From positions 1-28,622 of IMG/VR virus record IMGVR_UViG_3300051213_000295: DNA of 28,622 nucleotides; one strand, given 5' to 3'. Source of the DNA: a virus (Duplodnaviria > Caudoviricetes). Of this stretch, positions 27,301 through 28,622 are shown piece after piece; the stretch's first letter is position 1, and each line of letters begins with the position of its first letter. The notes under the pieces are model-generated. The model was not told where the DNA came from. It saw only the letters and a program-made list of their open reading frames with translations, and did not search any database. A program made the position numbers and the translations under genes.

Positions 27301-27331
27301 AGTTATTATATCATATCAAGTAAGTAAACCT

Positions 27332-28543
27332 ATGTTTCAAGACAAACCATGTATTTGCGTTCCAATCACAAGTAATGCCAACAAACATCAATCAGAAGTT
27401 GCTATTGTAGGTCTTTATATGGCATTCGGTAATGATGAAGAAAGATATATCAATTTCACACATCCAGATGAACTTGATACCGATATAACCCTACAAGAAA
27501 TAAAACTACATCCAAAATCTCTTGTCTTCAACAAAAAAGTATTGCTTAATAATAACTTTAATGATGGGTTTGATATAAATTCATACCTACATTATTATGC
27601 ACATCCTCACATTAGTCCACATGAATTTTATCCAAAAGGTATGGAGTATCTTGCTAATAAGTTCTATAAGATAGAAGATTTAGGTCATGTTATTCCACTT
27701 GTAAATCAATTAGGATGGGCGAGAGGTATTGCAAAATATGTATTGAGATTAAAACCATTTGAGTTCAAAAAAGAAAAATGTGTGAATTATTGTAATGATT
27801 TCATAGAAGTATTCCACGAGATAGAAAAAAATCATATCGTTGTTGGTGACGAAATAAAGAAACAAAACTATATGTGGTATACAGCAACCGGCAGACCAAG
27901 TAATGCTTGGGGTGGATTTAATTTCGCAGCTATGAATAAGAAAGATGGAACTCGTGATAAAATTCGTTCAAGATTTGAAGGTGGTAAAATTGTTCAATTT
28001 GATTATGATGCCTTTCATATAAAGTTATTGGCAAAGATATTGGATTATCACTTCGACTATCATCCATACGAACAGATACGTGATGAATTGGGAATTGATA
28101 TGGATTATGACCAATTCAAAGGTAAGGTGTTTCAAAACATTTATGGCACAATAACTCCTGAATTTATGGGACATCCCTTCTTCCAAACCGTTCAAGCAAT
28201 GATTGACACAATGTATGAACAATATGAAAATGGACCAGAAGTGAAATCTTGGTTTTATGAAAAGAGATTTCGTGATATTCAAGATGTAACACCCAATAAA
28301 TTATTCAATTATTTCCTACAATCGTTGGAGACTGAATACAATGTCCGTAAGATAAAAACTATTTTACCACATTTGAAAAATAAGAAGTCTGTGTTTATGA
28401 TGTATCTGTATGACGCATTTATTTTTGATATACATCCAGATGAAATGGATTTGATAGATATTCTTCACCGTGCTTTTGAGACAGATAATATGTCAGTAAA
28501 AATTTACGTTGGCGATGATTTTGGACACATTAAACAAATTTAG
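27332..28543 (+). CDS. Short, divergent family-A DNA polymerase-like protein
   Basis: TATGRPSN (cf. TxTGRLSS), motif A QFDYDAFHIK (D at 28001), motif B KGKVFQNIYG (28118-28147), motif C LYDAFIFD (D at 28412); only 403 aa. Confidence 0.8.
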   Translation: MFQDKPCICVPITSNANKHQSEVAIVGLYMAFGNDEERYINFTHPDELDTDITLQEIKLHPKSLVFNKKVLLNNNFNDGFDINSYLHYYAHPHISPHEFYPKGMEYLANKFYKIEDLGHVIPLVNQLGWARGIAKYVLRLKPFEFKKEKCVNYCNDFIEVFHEIEKNHIVVGDEIKKQNYMWYTATGRPSNAWGGFNFAAMNKKDGTRDKIRSRFEGGKIVQFDYDAFHIKLLAKILDYHFDYHPYEQIRDELGIDMDYDQFKGKVFQNIYGTITPEFMGHPFFQTVQAMIDTMYEQYENGPEVKSWFYEKRFRDIQDVTPNKLFNYFLQSLETEYNVRKIKTILPHLKNKKSVFMMYLYDAFIFDIHPDEMDLIDILHRAFETDNMSVKIYVGDDFGHIKQI

Positions 28544-28547
28544 AAAC

Positions 28548-28555
28548 ATATTTAT
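28548..28555 (+). promoter_or_regulatory. Putative phage late promoter ATATTTAT for a gene beyond the window
   Basis: CATATTTATA immediately after the polymerase stop codon. Confidence 0.5.
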
Positions 28556-28622
28556 ATTATGTATATTATTAACTTATGAATTGTTATAGATATGAATTTT
28601 AATTAAATATAAAAAGAATTGA

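Noticed and set aside
1-28622. Minus-strand and nested short ORFs in the ORF track (e.g. 1558-2145, 14828-15274, 17363-17890)
   Set aside because: They shadow long plus-strand genes, lack SD or recognisable motifs, and look like antisense by-products of codon bias.
1-28622. Stop-codon reassignment
   Set aside because: Genes are full length and densely packed in the standard code; TAG ends genes at 4359, 6248 and 28543 and TGA ends the tube gene at sensible boundaries.
1-28622. tRNA genes, introns, inteins, homing endonucleases
   Set aside because: Intergenic gaps are short and explained by terminators and promoters; no cloverleaf, interrupted conserved gene, or LAGLIDADG/HNH/intein motif was seen by eye.

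Overview
AT-rich, all-plus-strand late (morphogenesis) region of a large contractile-tailed, T4-superfamily-like dsDNA phage read in the standard genetic code. Gene order: 3' end of a gp23-like major capsid gene; three accessory genes (a ParB-like protein and two membrane-helix proteins, all with basic tags and L/I-x-E motifs); a TM+GAF protein; PhoH; neck/head-closure/tail-completion proteins; tail sheath; tail tube; a tail chaperone pair; tape measure; a 2360-aa multi-repeat baseplate protein; LysM-like and hub baseplate proteins; and a short, divergent family-A DNA polymerase. Most notable: (1) a candidate SD-stimulated +1 (or -2) programmed frameshift at a T7 run joining the chaperone ORFs before the tape measure; (2) a phage late-promoter-like octamer ATATTTAT in nearly every intergenic gap, often fused to a terminator, and absent before the polymerase, which has a host-type promoter; (3) a candidate set of capsid-packaged, protease-matured cargo proteins with membrane-inserting domains; (4) a giant protein with 20-, 34- and 44-aa repeat arrays; (5) a minimal PolA with substituted catalytic motifs. 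All product calls come from motif recognition and synteny; no database search was run.
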